Source: a virus (taxonomy: Duplodnaviria > Caudoviricetes). From it: a DNA stretch of 64,000 nucleotides. The position numbers were made by a program, and so were the translations under genes. The notes under the pieces were generated by a model. It saw only the letters and a list, made by a program, of their open reading frames with translations. It made no database searches and was not told where the DNA came from. The stretch covers positions 1 through 64,000 of IMG/VR virus record IMGVR_UViG_3300011871_000002, one strand, 5' to 3'. This document shows positions 17,116 to 27,242 of this stretch, piece by piece (position 1 is the first letter of the stretch; each line of letters starts with the position of its first letter).

Positions 17116-18038
17116 GTAATCAAGAAAACCCCACTGTTGACGCACTCGTTGAAACCTTCGTGCAACTCACCAGCATGCACCGCAGGGCTGCGGAAGAACT
17201 CCAGAAGCTGTACGTGCAGCTGCGCGAACACGGGCTGCTCAGCGAAATGCGCATGGTGACCAATACCGTGACCATCGGTACACAGCGACAACTGATGGAA
17301 GCAGCAATCCTCCACCAGCACCTCACCGGCCAGGTCGGCGGTAAGAGCGACAAGCTCGAAGAAATCGGCAACAGCGCCGATCATGCAATGAAGGCATTAC
17401 TGGGCCAGCCAGGCGCGGCGCCGCTCAACCCTGTCGCATCCGCAGTGACCAGTCTGGAAGAGGCCGTGGAAGCGGAAGCGGCACCACTGCCACCGGTACT
17501 TGCCCTCATCAAGGAAGAGCACCGCGATCCCGAAGAACCAGCACCTGTTGCCGAGGAAGAAGTGGCGATGCCAACCAAGGTGCTGTCGACGTCAACGGCG
17601 ACACATAACTACATCGGTCAGGTGTTGTTCGACATCCTGAAGAAGTATCTCTCCTCGCAGTTGCTGGAACAGGGCGAAGGCACGATGGGTATCGAGCAAT
17701 TCGACCAGTACAACGAAGATCTGACGATGCTGTCGGCGAAGCAGTTTGCCAAGTGGCCTACGGGTTTGTATATGAACAGAAAAGACCGGTCCTTCCAGTT
17801 GCTGCTGAGCATGAATGTACCGGACAACCCAACCAACGTGGTGGCAGTGGTGCCGGTGCTGTACAAACTGGCCGACACCTTCACTGACGTAGCGACTGAA
17901 AAGCACGCATTCTTCTTGTATTCGCCAACGCCGTCCGAAGTGCGTGTGGTCAACGATGATATCCCGCCCTTGGTGCGTGACGCACTGATCCTGCATCTCT
18001 CGGCACTGGTCGAAGCCTATCTGAAAAAGCAGAGCTAA
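17112..18038 (+). CDS. hypothetical acidic protein
   Basis: 308 aa; ATGA overlap with sbcC. Confidence 0.8.
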   Translation: MSNQENPTVDALVETFVQLTSMHRRAAEELQKLYVQLREHGLLSEMRMVTNTVTIGTQRQLMEAAILHQHLTGQVGGKSDKLEEIGNSADHAMKALLGQPGAAPLNPVASAVTSLEEAVEAEAAPLPPVLALIKEEHRDPEEPAPVAEEEVAMPTKVLSTSTATHNYIGQVLFDILKKYLSSQLLEQGEGTMGIEQFDQYNEDLTMLSAKQFAKWPTGLYMNRKDRSFQLLLSMNVPDNPTNVVAVVPVLYKLADTFTDVATEKHAFFLYSPTPSEVRVVNDDIPPLVRDALILHLSALVEAYLKKQS

Positions 18039-18045
18039 GCCTTCA

Positions 18046-18088
18046 CGGCATAAAAAAGAGGAGAGGCGCATGCCTCTCCTCTATGCCG
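18046..18088. terminator. bidirectional terminator
   Basis: CGGCATAAAAAA-GAGGAGAGGC-GCAT-GCCTCTCCTC-TATGCCG. Confidence 0.85.
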
Positions 18089-18098
18089 CAAACGTAAC

Positions 18099-18728
18099 TT
18101 ACGGGGTAGCAGGTGGTGCCAGATTGTCTTCGATGTACTTGGACAAGGCAGTCACGCGTTGCTGCAAGGTATCGGCGCGGGTGCGCTCAGCCAGAAACAA
18201 CGCGTAGTCCGTGTTCACCTGGGTGATGTTCTGGGCACGCGTGGCTTCGATGATGGCGTGCTGGTCTTCGCTCAATACCGTACCGTTATCCGTTACGATA
18301 CTACGGCTCGTGGCTTCCACCCCGATGGTTTGTTTGACCACTTCGACCAAGCGCTGCTGGAGCGGGGCCAGGCTCATGTCCGCGGGGAGCGACGCAAGAT
18401 TGAGGCCAATCATGCGCCCGAAGTATTTCACACCGCCAATTTCTGCGCTGGACGTGAAATACGTCGACGGTACCGTAACAGGGGGCGCTACCCCAGCTTG
18501 CAGCGTAACCATGAGCGCACCGGCCGCGACATCGCTATCGTACGCAGCTTGGTCGAGACCGATGGGGGTGTAGTATTCCGCCACCACATCCACACCGCTA
18601 CCGGCCAAGTCTGCAAGGGTGCGCAAACCTGTGCAAGTGTATTCGACTGACTCACTGAGTAAGTTAGCCAGTGCACCACTTAAGCGAAACCGCCCCCGCG
18701 CATGGATAGCGGGAATGTAAATCGACAT
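18099..18728 (-). CDS. hypothetical, probably structural, protein
   Basis: GGAG RBS; operonic with the upstream gene; C-terminal coiled coil. Confidence 0.75.
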   Translation of the reverse strand: MSIYIPAIHARGRFRLSGALANLLSESVEYTCTGLRTLADLAGSGVDVVAEYYTPIGLDQAAYDSDVAAGALMVTLQAGVAPPVTVPSTYFTSSAEIGGVKYFGRMIGLNLASLPADMSLAPLQQRLVEVVKQTIGVEATSRSIVTDNGTVLSEDQHAIIEATRAQNITQVNTDYALFLAERTRADTLQQRVTALSKYIEDNLAPPATP

Positions 18729-18739
18729 ACCTGCCCTCC

Positions 18740-20062
18740 TTAGGTGATCGAGAACTCGTCCGCGTAGTTAGCGCGGGCCGACACGAGGTAGTTGATGTTG
18801 CCCACATTGGTCACGAGGAAAATGTGGCCATTGCGCTTGGAGCGAGTCATGCCGCGTGGGACACTCGAAAACTCGGTGAGCGTCTCGGCTTCTACCAGCT
18901 GGCGATGCAAGGTGGTGAGCCAGTCTTTGGTGGCCTGGGCCATCCGGTTAAAGTCCAAGCTGGATGGCGACAGGGACAGGTAATCCGGATAAATATCGGT
19001 CAACTTGAACTTGGCGTCACGGTTGTCCGGGCTACCCACCGCGATGAGCGAGAGTGAGCCATACGGGTGTCCGAGCGTCATCGCATTCTCATTAATATGA
19101 GCGTCGGTGTATGCCGGGGCCACTTCCTTGATGCGCTGGACGACCTGTTTTGGCGTCACGGCGCACAGGTACACACCACCCGGTTCAGTCTTGCGCGGGC
19201 TGATGGCGTACTGGAACCACGATGGGATGATCAGGAATTCAGTCCGGCGAAACAGGTCCGGCAGAATGTTTGTCCACTCTTCGCGGGTATGGCTGCTGTT
19301 GGCCAGGATGTATTCGATCAGGGCGTCGGCGATGCTGTCGACGTTGTTACCAGCGCTACCGTAAATCAACAACGCCCAGTGCGATGGAACGCGATGCGTC
19401 GACAGGAACGGATCGACGTAGTCGTAAGACACGTTCTTGGCGATCGTGTACGGATAGTCGGCGCGGGCATCCTGTACCCGTTGCATCTGGGTTGTGATGT
19501 CCAGGCCCTTGAGCATCAGCTCTACTTCAGTACCGGTGCGGAAGAAATTGTCGAGCGTGTCAGTCGGTGGCACCACCACGATTTCGAATTCATCGTACTG
19601 GAGGCGGAAGCTTTCGTCAGCCAACCAGACCCGGATTTCGTTGGTGCCTACGCCACTCACGTTCTTGGCACGCCACGCCAACCACTCCGGGACGAAATGG
19701 GTGCCGTCGGTAACGATTTCGCCACAGTTGAAGTTTTCCGCACTGGTGGCGAAATCCTCCAGCAGCTCAGCTAACAGCACGTCGCTAAAGATTTCACTCG
19801 TCGAGCTAATCGTTTTGGCATAGACGTAGTCTACCACACCGAGTACGTGCTCGACCAATTGGGTCGGTACTGCTACTGCAACGCCATCGAGTTTGCAGAA
19901 GAAGCTATGCAGACCGAGCTTGGGGGTGGTGGCGGAATCGTAGTGGCCGATATCGCGGGCGTAAGTTGCAGACTCCGTGGACATCTCACCGAACACAGCC
20001 ACCGTGTTCGGCTCGTTGGCGACGAACTGCGAATGGGTGACAAAACTTTTCAGTACCAGCAT
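18740..20062 (-). CDS. virion structural protein (phiKZ gp157-like by synteny)
   Basis: 440 aa, AGGAG RBS, near the RNase H gene. Confidence 0.6.
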   Translation of the reverse strand: MLVLKSFVTHSQFVANEPNTVAVFGEMSTESATYARDIGHYDSATTPKLGLHSFFCKLDGVAVAVPTQLVEHVLGVVDYVYAKTISSTSEIFSDVLLAELLEDFATSAENFNCGEIVTDGTHFVPEWLAWRAKNVSGVGTNEIRVWLADESFRLQYDEFEIVVVPPTDTLDNFFRTGTEVELMLKGLDITTQMQRVQDARADYPYTIAKNVSYDYVDPFLSTHRVPSHWALLIYGSAGNNVDSIADALIEYILANSSHTREEWTNILPDLFRRTEFLIIPSWFQYAISPRKTEPGGVYLCAVTPKQVVQRIKEVAPAYTDAHINENAMTLGHPYGSLSLIAVGSPDNRDAKFKLTDIYPDYLSLSPSSLDFNRMAQATKDWLTTLHRQLVEAETLTEFSSVPRGMTRSKRNGHIFLVTNVGNINYLVSARANYADEFSIT

Positions 20063-20193
20063 GGGGTTCTCCTGCGTTGTACACGCTTAAGGATGAGAAA
20101 ACTCAATTTTCTTGACAAATGGAAACCACTTTGCTACAATAGCATCATGGTGAAACCGAACTATAAAATACTGAGAGAAAGCGCAAACACGCT

Positions 20194-20637
20194 ATGTTAA
20201 TGGCATTTAAAATCCTGACCATGCTTTGGCCGTTTGTCAGGGAACTGTTGTTTGGCCAAAAGACCCCCCGGCAGATTGTGCGGGAACACAAGATCATGGT
20301 AGTCGTGGTCGCGTTCCTCGCTGCGTCGCTGGTCATGAATGTGTTCATCACCCAGCGCCTAGTGGCGATCTCGCACGATTACATTGCACTACAGAAGAAA
20401 TACAAGGCACTGGAAGGCTCGCGTCAACATCCTGTAACGCCATCCAATAACCAACCCGTTGCGATGGTAGAGCAGCGCATTGATGTCGCATCGGTGCCGC
20501 CACCACCGCCACGAACCACCAAAAAACCAGTACCGGTAACAGCGCCAGAAGAAAGCGTGTCTGACCGGTACCATCGCCTGCACCGCGCGTTTCAAGAAAT
20601 TGAAGCCCAAGAACACCGTACAACATCTGATAACTGA
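20194..20637 (+). CDS. membrane-anchored protein, i-spanin-like
   Basis: Transmembrane helix, then coiled coil, Pro-rich linker and a terminal helix. Confidence 0.5.
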   Translation: MLMAFKILTMLWPFVRELLFGQKTPRQIVREHKIMVVVVAFLAASLVMNVFITQRLVAISHDYIALQKKYKALEGSRQHPVTPSNNQPVAMVEQRIDVASVPPPPPRTTKKPVPVTAPEESVSDRYHRLHRAFQEIEAQEHRTTSDN

Positions 20638-20649
20638 TTGAGGTCATCC

Positions 20650-21033
20650 ATGAAAACCAAACCCCTTCTTTCCATTTCGGTGATGTTGTCGGTGGCATTA
20701 TTTGGGTGCAGTAGTTTCAATACCCATGTGTATCCGGCACCGACCTTGGTGATGCTACCGAACACCGCCTCTTCGGCGCCTGTCCCAGTTGAAACAAAAA
20801 TCGAGTGCGTGTATATCCCACCCGATTCCGAACCTGTGCCGCGTATTCCCATTCAGGAATTAAAGTCCCTGAAGAAAGGTGACGATGCGGCACTGGACGA
20901 TATTCAACAACGCCACATCAAAGAGCTGCGCTTTTACATCCAGATGGAAGAGCGCAAGCACCGCACCGCATATCAAGACTACTTGAAACGCTGCGCGCCG
21001 TACCTGCGTGCTGAAGCAAAAAATACGGAATAA
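20650..21033 (+). CDS. lipoprotein, o-spanin-like
   Basis: Signal peptide ending in an LFGC lipobox; Pro-rich; GAGG RBS. Confidence 0.55.
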   Translation: MKTKPLLSISVMLSVALFGCSSFNTHVYPAPTLVMLPNTASSAPVPVETKIECVYIPPDSEPVPRIPIQELKSLKKGDDAALDDIQQRHIKELRFYIQMEERKHRTAYQDYLKRCAPYLRAEAKNTE

Positions 21034-21074
21034 GTTCATGCTGTAGAGCATGTGGCTTTCAATAAGGAGAATTC

Positions 21075-22607
21075 ATGAGCGACGCAGCAGAGACGCCAAC
21101 TCAAGGGATGGTATTCTACTCAGATGGTGGATCGAGAAACCCCTTCACCGGCAATCCCAACCCTGGTTATGGAGGCTACGGTATTCACGGATACCTCTAC
21201 CACAACGTACCCGCCAAGAAAGGCATCGGTGTGCCAGGTATCATCCTCACAGACGACGGCTACCGTTCCAAGGCAGAACTGGAGGACGAAGAGGCTCCCG
21301 CAGAAACCAACAAACCCAAGTTCGGCCCGGTCACGCCCGTACAGTACATCGACGGCTACGGTTCGTTCGGCAAGGCCCTGGTGTCGAACAATTACTGCGA
21401 ACTGGTGGGTGCGATCCGGGCACTCCAGGAAGCACAGCAATACCCGATCAAAAAGCTGCACCTGTTCAGTGACAGCGAGTACGTCATCAAGGGCATGAAC
21501 CAAGGCGTTGAGAAGTGGGCCAAGGCGAACTGGCTCCAACCCGACGGTCAGGTACGCAAGAACGCCGATACCTGGAAAGAACTGGTGGCTCACCGTCAAG
21601 TGCTCGTCGAGCGCGGCGTGGAGGTAAAGTTCAGCTGGATCGAAGCCCACGATGGCCTGCTGGGCAATGAAGACGCCGACAAGCTCGCCACTTCCGGCGT
21701 CATGCGCAGTATCGCCGGCAAACAAGAAGAAGCCATCGAACGCTCGCCTGCCGACGGCTACTGGGGGTTCGATGGCAGCCGCCATCCGCTGCTGTTTCAG
21801 CGCAAGGTGTACTTCAACACCGACGGGACGTCGGCCAAGCCGGGCGAGTATTTCATGGGCGACCATGGCAAAGATGACGATGCCGCTGGCACCCGCGTGA
21901 CCGACGGCTGTTACGGCATCGTGCGCTTGCTCGAACCCGATCCGATCATCGACACGGTACGTAACTTCCAGGCCCACATCTGCGGTGGTTCCGACCATAT
22001 CGCGTTTGCGCGATTGGACAACCTGTTCCGTCAAACCACCTACCGGCAGATGGTTCTGCATGGCAACTACGCCATGGAACAAAAGAACCTCAACAAGCTC
22101 GACCTGTTCTGCCTGGACCGGGAACCCTTGACCAAGGTGTTCACTCCAGCGCGCGCGTCCTCGCGCATCATCGAAGAACTCGATAACCTGCACGAAAAGT
22201 TCGAGTGGTTCCAGAAAAAGGACCCGCGAATCACGCTCACGGACCTAACTCCTATCTTGTATGAGGCGGTCGTTAAAACTCCCAAAAAAGGGGAACCGAC
22301 GACCCACAAACAACTGAAGGAGACATACAACGTCGGCTATGCTGCGTTACGACTCGACGCCAATTACCAAGCGGCAGACGGGACCATTCAAGCGGCGCCG
22401 ATCACGATCAACCTCGGGGTCGACATGCCTGATCGTAACGCACTCAAACGACTGGAAGAACTCGATCCAGTCGTGACGCTACTCAGCTGGCGCGATTCTG
22501 ACACCATCTTCCGGTACGCGACGGTGGTGGAAACGTCGAGCGGCGTGGGGATTTACGCAGGGGTGTATAGCAACCTGCGAATCGTCGAGAAAGCTGAGAA
22601 AAGCTAA
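21075..22607 (+). CDS. rnhA: RNase HI with C-terminal extension (phiKZ gp155-like)
   Basis: YSDGG, NNYCEL, SDSEYV, KNADTW, WIEAHDG..GNEDADKLA. Confidence 0.92.
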   Translation: MSDAAETPTQGMVFYSDGGSRNPFTGNPNPGYGGYGIHGYLYHNVPAKKGIGVPGIILTDDGYRSKAELEDEEAPAETNKPKFGPVTPVQYIDGYGSFGKALVSNNYCELVGAIRALQEAQQYPIKKLHLFSDSEYVIKGMNQGVEKWAKANWLQPDGQVRKNADTWKELVAHRQVLVERGVEVKFSWIEAHDGLLGNEDADKLATSGVMRSIAGKQEEAIERSPADGYWGFDGSRHPLLFQRKVYFNTDGTSAKPGEYFMGDHGKDDDAAGTRVTDGCYGIVRLLEPDPIIDTVRNFQAHICGGSDHIAFARLDNLFRQTTYRQMVLHGNYAMEQKNLNKLDLFCLDREPLTKVFTPARASSRIIEELDNLHEKFEWFQKKDPRITLTDLTPILYEAVVKTPKKGEPTTHKQLKETYNVGYAALRLDANYQAADGTIQAAPITINLGVDMPDRNALKRLEELDPVVTLLSWRDSDTIFRYATVVETSSGVGIYAGVYSNLRIVEKAEKS

Positions 22608-22694
22608 GACCGTCTCAAGGGCCAATCTTCTTTAACCTGATTGGCTCACCTAGCGTTTCCAAAACCGCTAGGTGAGCCTTGGAGTTCTTTTGTC

Positions 22695-23129
22695 ATGATT
22701 ACAACACGTTTGCGGGGAGGAATAAAGCACGGTGTCGTACGTTTTTTCGGTGCACGCCTACCTGACCGAATGAAACGTCTCGTCTACCTTGCCTCACTCG
22801 GCGCCTATATCAAAGGCTCGACTTCGCTGGACGATGCCACGATCAGCAAGCTTAACAAGGTCATGGCACTGGGAAGCAATGACAAAGCCCTGAAATTGCC
22901 GGTGCTGCTGTCGAAAGCTATCTGGGACGGCAAAGTCACGCCGCTTCCGCACGACGTCTACATGGAACACCAACTCGGTGCTGCCACAGTAGAAAAAGTG
23001 ATGGCGCACGCAGCAGTGGCTGGCACCCCAAAGTGGTTACGCTACGGCGAAGAGCAACTGATCCAAAACGATGTGGAAAAGCTGCTGTCCATCTTCCGTT
23101 CTCAGCGGGAGGTACCGCAACTGGCATAA
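22695..23129 (+). CDS. hypothetical protein
   Basis: GGAG RBS at the foot of the hairpin at 22643-22678. Confidence 0.7.
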   Translation: MITTRLRGGIKHGVVRFFGARLPDRMKRLVYLASLGAYIKGSTSLDDATISKLNKVMALGSNDKALKLPVLLSKAIWDGKVTPLPHDVYMEHQLGAATVEKVMAHAAVAGTPKWLRYGEEQLIQNDVEKLLSIFRSQREVPQLA

Positions 23130-23188
23130 AACATAAAACCCCTTATCCACGGCCCAATCAAAGGCTATGGATAAGGGGTTTTATGCCG
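23123..23188. terminator. bidirectional terminator
   Basis: CATAAAACCCCTTATCCA...TGGATAAGGGGTTTTATGCCG. Confidence 0.85.
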
Positions 23189-23194
23189 CGCACT

Positions 23195-24010
23195 TTACTT
23201 CTTCATCACTTTCTTGAAGTGTTCCAGCGTTTCTTTCACGCAGTGAACGAATACTTCAGCCTTGAAGTACGCTACTGCGTAGAACTCCAGCTCGGAGGCC
23301 ACTTGGTAGGCGCCGTCGGCGAGGTTCAGCACAGTTTGGTTGGCGACCCGGCTGACTTTGTCTTCTCGCACCATCTTGAGGATGACGTCGAGGTGACGCG
23401 AGCATTCGTTGACTTTCTTGAGTACCGCGCCGCGGTCGATGCGGTTGATGGTGTCGGTGATCTCGGCGCAGCGCTGGAACACACTGTCCCAATCAGCATT
23501 ACGCTTGACCACATCACCCAGAGCCGCCTCGGACCTGGTCGACCCCTTCTTGAAGCACGCGCCCAGTTCTTCGTTGATACGGTTGCGCTCTTGCTCCATG
23601 AACTTGAACTCGGCCTCGAAACTCTTGGTCGAGAGCACGGTTTCTTTGTCAGTGATGAGCTGAGCAAGATACATGCTGTAGGGGGCCAGCACATCCATGA
23701 CCTTGGAAGCGTGGTGTACCGCATCGAGCAGCACTTCCGCATAGTCGAGATACGGAACGTTCAAGCCTTCGGGAACGTAGGCCGTCACCTGAGAAACCGC
23801 CATGTAGTTTTGGCCCTGCATGGCTTTGTTGAAGTCACGCTGTTCACGGGTGAACTGGAGCGCTTCTTGACGCGGGCTGAAACGCTCGACGAAGTCTTGG
23901 AACGACGAAGCCAGGCTCGGCATCACATCTTTGAAGTACCCGGCCACATCCCGCATGGAAAAGGCTTCGAGGGCTGCGGCATTGCGCAGCATATGGAGTT
24001 TGTTGGTCAT
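23195..24010 (-). CDS. internal head protein (phiKZ gp153-like by synteny)
   Basis: Helical; N-terminal AALE protease-type site; lies between RNase H and UvsX. Confidence 0.6.
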   Translation of the reverse strand: MTNKLHMLRNAAALEAFSMRDVAGYFKDVMPSLASSFQDFVERFSPRQEALQFTREQRDFNKAMQGQNYMAVSQVTAYVPEGLNVPYLDYAEVLLDAVHHASKVMDVLAPYSMYLAQLITDKETVLSTKSFEAEFKFMEQERNRINEELGACFKKGSTRSEAALGDVVKRNADWDSVFQRCAEITDTINRIDRGAVLKKVNECSRHLDVILKMVREDKVSRVANQTVLNLADGAYQVASELEFYAVAYFKAEVFVHCVKETLEHFKKVMKK

Positions 24011-24168
24011 GGGGCACAATTCCTGTAATGAAAGGAGAGAGCTTCTCTATGGCACAAGAAGCGTAAAAATACTTAACGATAGGACATAAAATAAAACATA
24101 GCCGGCTCATCTTGTAGAGTAAGAGGCCGGCGCTTTTCTTCTTTGATCGCTGAACAAGAGGTATCGCC

Positions 24169-24456
24169 ATGGCCGCATGTCACATTAGCTATTCCCTCGC
24201 TGGGAAGATCATCAAGATGGAAAAACCGTTCGCCCATAAGGACAACGGCATGATGATTTTGACACTGGAGTGCACGGGAGGATTTACTACCCAAGTGGTG
24301 AGTACCCGTGAGTTTCTCGCGTTGCACAAACCAGAGGTGGGCCACTACCTGATTCGGCAACTCGACGACACCACGATCGTGGTGGACGAAGAAACGTTCC
24401 AACAAGCACAATACGTTTCCTTGCCATGTCGCATGGATTACCAACAGATTGAATAA
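24169..24456 (+). CDS. hypothetical protein
   Basis: GAGG RBS, 95 aa. Confidence 0.7.
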   Translation: MAACHISYSLAGKIIKMEKPFAHKDNGMMILTLECTGGFTTQVVSTREFLALHKPEVGHYLIRQLDDTTIVVDEETFQQAQYVSLPCRMDYQQIE

Positions 24457-24474
24457 AGAAAAGGAAAAAACATC

Positions 24475-25947
24475 ATGGGATTTAACGCAGGCTTTACCCC
24501 CGCACCTGATCACAAAGTCAAGATTAACCTCGGCTGTGGCTGGGATATTCCTACCGGACGATTTGTCACCGGTGCCCGCAACGAATCCCTGCTCAACGCA
24601 GGCCTGTCTGCCACGACTGGCTTTATCGGTCCGGGTAACTTCTTCAAGTCAACCCAGATGCATTACCAAGGGCTGACGATGATGGCGCGGGTGCACGGTT
24701 GCGAAGGTGGTACTTACGACGACGAAATCAGCACCGAAAAGGAACGCTTGGCCAGCTTCTCGGTCAACAGCATTCCCGACTTCAAGGGCGAAGACGTGAT
24801 CGGCTCGGGCCGCTGGCAGGTCATCAACAGTGCCGAGTACATGGGCAACAAGTGGTGGGAAATCGAGAAGGCGCAGCTCAAGGCCAAGCTCGACGAAAAA
24901 GGCATCATGATCCGCACACCGTTCATGAACTACAATCGTACGCAGCTGTTCACGATGGTGCGCCCAACCGTTCGCGCGATCGACTCACTGTCCGAATGGC
25001 GTTCGGACCGCGTCGACAAGATCCTCAACGAAACCGAGATCGGTGACAAAGAAGCCAACATGCTCTACATGACAGGCGGCAACGACAAGACCCGCCTCAT
25101 CGCTGAGCTGCCCGTTATCACGGCCAAATACGGCCACTACATGATGATGACGGCCCACCTCGGCCAGCGCTTCAACCTCGATCCGCGCGCGCCGGTACGC
25201 AAGCAACTGCAACACATCCCGTCCGACTTCAAGATCAAGGGCGTGCCGGAAAAGTTCCTGTTCCACATGAACAACGCCTGGCTTTGCTTCAGCGCAGAAA
25301 TCCTGAAGAACGACACCACCAAGGCGCCGGAATATCCGCGCAACTCGTCGGACGACATGAAGGGCGACACCGACCTGAACCTCATCTGGGTCGTGCAAAC
25401 CCGCGGCAAGAGCGGCCCATCCGGTCACCCGCTGGGTATCATCGTCTCGCAGGAAGAAGGAGTGCTGCCGGCGCTGACGGAATTCCACATGTGCAAGACC
25501 AACGACCGCTACGGTATCGAAGGCACCTTGCAGAATTACGCGATGTCGCTGTGTCCTGACATCAAGTTGTCGCGCACAGCTGTGCGCTCGAAGCTCAATG
25601 CCAGTCACGAACTGCGCAACGCAGTCCTGATCTCGTCACAGATGTGCCAGATCGACATGATGTGGCACGACGACATCACCAAGATGCTCATGTGCACACC
25701 GCAGGAACTGTTTAGCGACCTGCGCAAGAAAGGGTACAACTGGGAAGTGCTGCTCAATACCCGTAACTGGGTGGGCGTCGATGCTGACGCCGAATACGAC
25801 CGCCACTTCCTGTCGACCATGGACTTGCTGCGCATGCGTCTGCCGCACGACCACAAGCTGGCCTACCACCCTTACTGGATGGCGCCACGTAACGCCGACG
25901 GTACGGTCACGACCAACGAAATCATCGAAGTCAAGCCGCTGCCATAA
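24475..25947 (+). CDS. uvsX: UvsX/RecA-like recombinase (phiKZ gp152-like)
   Basis: DIPTG, variant Walker A GPGNFFKST, DDE, IDSLS Walker B, RGKSG. Confidence 0.85.
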   Translation: MGFNAGFTPAPDHKVKINLGCGWDIPTGRFVTGARNESLLNAGLSATTGFIGPGNFFKSTQMHYQGLTMMARVHGCEGGTYDDEISTEKERLASFSVNSIPDFKGEDVIGSGRWQVINSAEYMGNKWWEIEKAQLKAKLDEKGIMIRTPFMNYNRTQLFTMVRPTVRAIDSLSEWRSDRVDKILNETEIGDKEANMLYMTGGNDKTRLIAELPVITAKYGHYMMMTAHLGQRFNLDPRAPVRKQLQHIPSDFKIKGVPEKFLFHMNNAWLCFSAEILKNDTTKAPEYPRNSSDDMKGDTDLNLIWVVQTRGKSGPSGHPLGIIVSQEEGVLPALTEFHMCKTNDRYGIEGTLQNYAMSLCPDIKLSRTAVRSKLNASHELRNAVLISSQMCQIDMMWHDDITKMLMCTPQELFSDLRKKGYNWEVLLNTRNWVGVDADAEYDRHFLSTMDLLRMRLPHDHKLAYHPYWMAPRNADGTVTTNEIIEVKPLP

Positions 25948-26030
25948 TCACCATAAAAATGGACGAATGTATTGGCATTCGTCCATAGTGTGGCACGAGT
26001 GTGCCACCACCAACCAAACAGGAACCTGAA

Positions 26031-26378
26031 ATGACTGCAATTGCTGAACCGGTCGACACCAATGTCGACGCAACCACCGCCGCTGGCGTTTTCGACAAGA
26101 TCACTGCCATGCTGCAAGAAGCCGGCCATCCGAACCCGGAGAGCTGGCGCCAAGACTTCGTGACCGCCTACGGTGAACAGGTGAACGAAGAAACCCCGCA
26201 CGTGGCCCGCGTGGCCGCCAACAGCTACTGGCGCTTCATGCTGGGGCGCCATTCCTACCGGACCAAGCAAGACACGTCGGATGCGCGCTTCTGCCTGGAA
26301 GACGCTTGCTCCGAAGAAGAATGGCAAAAGCTGTTCAAACAGATCGTGGCACCGGCCATCGTGCGCCTCGGTGTATAA
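26031..26378 (+). CDS. hypothetical protein
   Basis: AGGA RBS; strong codon bias. Confidence 0.8.
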   Translation: MTAIAEPVDTNVDATTAAGVFDKITAMLQEAGHPNPESWRQDFVTAYGEQVNEETPHVARVAANSYWRFMLGRHSYRTKQDTSDARFCLEDACSEEEWQKLFKQIVAPAIVRLGV

Positions 26379-26384
26379 GTTCCC

Positions 26385-26450
26385 GGTACTCTCTTGGCCA
26401 CGGCCCATTACCACACGGGCGTGTGACCAAGAGAGTATCTTCCTATGCCG
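26385..26450 (+). terminator. long hairpin/terminator
   Basis: TACTCTCTTGG...CCAAGAGAGTA stem, then TCTTCCTATGCCG. Confidence 0.6.
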
Positions 26451-26552
26451 CGTTAGAAATACAAAGAGCTATGGGTGATCTTCACAAATTGGTATAGGTA
26501 GGCGGCTAAAAGTGATTCCGCCATACAGCAAGCTATTCCAAAGGACACCATC

Positions 26553-27227
26553 ATGGCCGGTAATCGCAAGAAAGCAGAAAAAGAACTCCTGGACGGCATC
26601 GAAGCCATTTTGCCGGGAAGTGAGAATACTCAGATCTACAAAAACATGCTGGCAAGCATGAACGACAAGCAGTTCGAGAAATTCATTGACGACCTGGATA
26701 CCGGGCGCGTGATTCCTTCTCTCATCGTGCCAAACTTCGGCAAGATTCGCTTGAGCGTGAAACGCAATTTGGCATTGGCCAAACTCTGGGCGCACGAATT
26801 CTTCGAGCGCATCTGGTTCCAAGACAACGATGACCGCCCAGCATACCTGTCCAACGAACGCTACCTGATCGTGGACTTGCCGCTGCGCCGTCAAGCGCAG
26901 CTGTTGACGAAAAAGATTTCGATCCCGGAAGACAACAAGTCGGTAGACGACTACACAGGCCAGCCTACCGGCAAATCCAAAGGTAGCCGCCTGTCGTATC
27001 CGGAAATTCAGCTGATGGCCTCAGCCGGTCTTGATTACTCGATTCTGGAACTGATCCGTCTGCGCGGTGGCGACACGCAAAGTTTCCACGCCATGAATAC
27101 CATGCTCAGCCGCCATGGCTCGGTAAGCCAAAAATCCATCGAACCGTATGGCGGTACGGTGCAGTCGAAACAAACCCTGCACACGCTGCTCACCTGCATG
27201 CACTACGAAACCACGCTGCTCAAATAA
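26553..27227 (+). CDS. rpoB: virion RNA polymerase beta C-terminal subunit (phiKZ gp149-like)
   Basis: LPLRRQAQLL, TGQPTGKSKGSRLSYPE (cf. RpoB [20 protein letters not shown]), LRGGD. Confidence 0.85.
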   Translation: MAGNRKKAEKELLDGIEAILPGSENTQIYKNMLASMNDKQFEKFIDDLDTGRVIPSLIVPNFGKIRLSVKRNLALAKLWAHEFFERIWFQDNDDRPAYLSNERYLIVDLPLRRQAQLLTKKISIPEDNKSVDDYTGQPTGKSKGSRLSYPEIQLMASAGLDYSILELIRLRGGDTQSFHAMNTMLSRHGSVSQKSIEPYGGTVQSKQTLHTLLTCMHYETTLLK

Positions 27228-27242
27228 AGAAAGAAGAACCCC

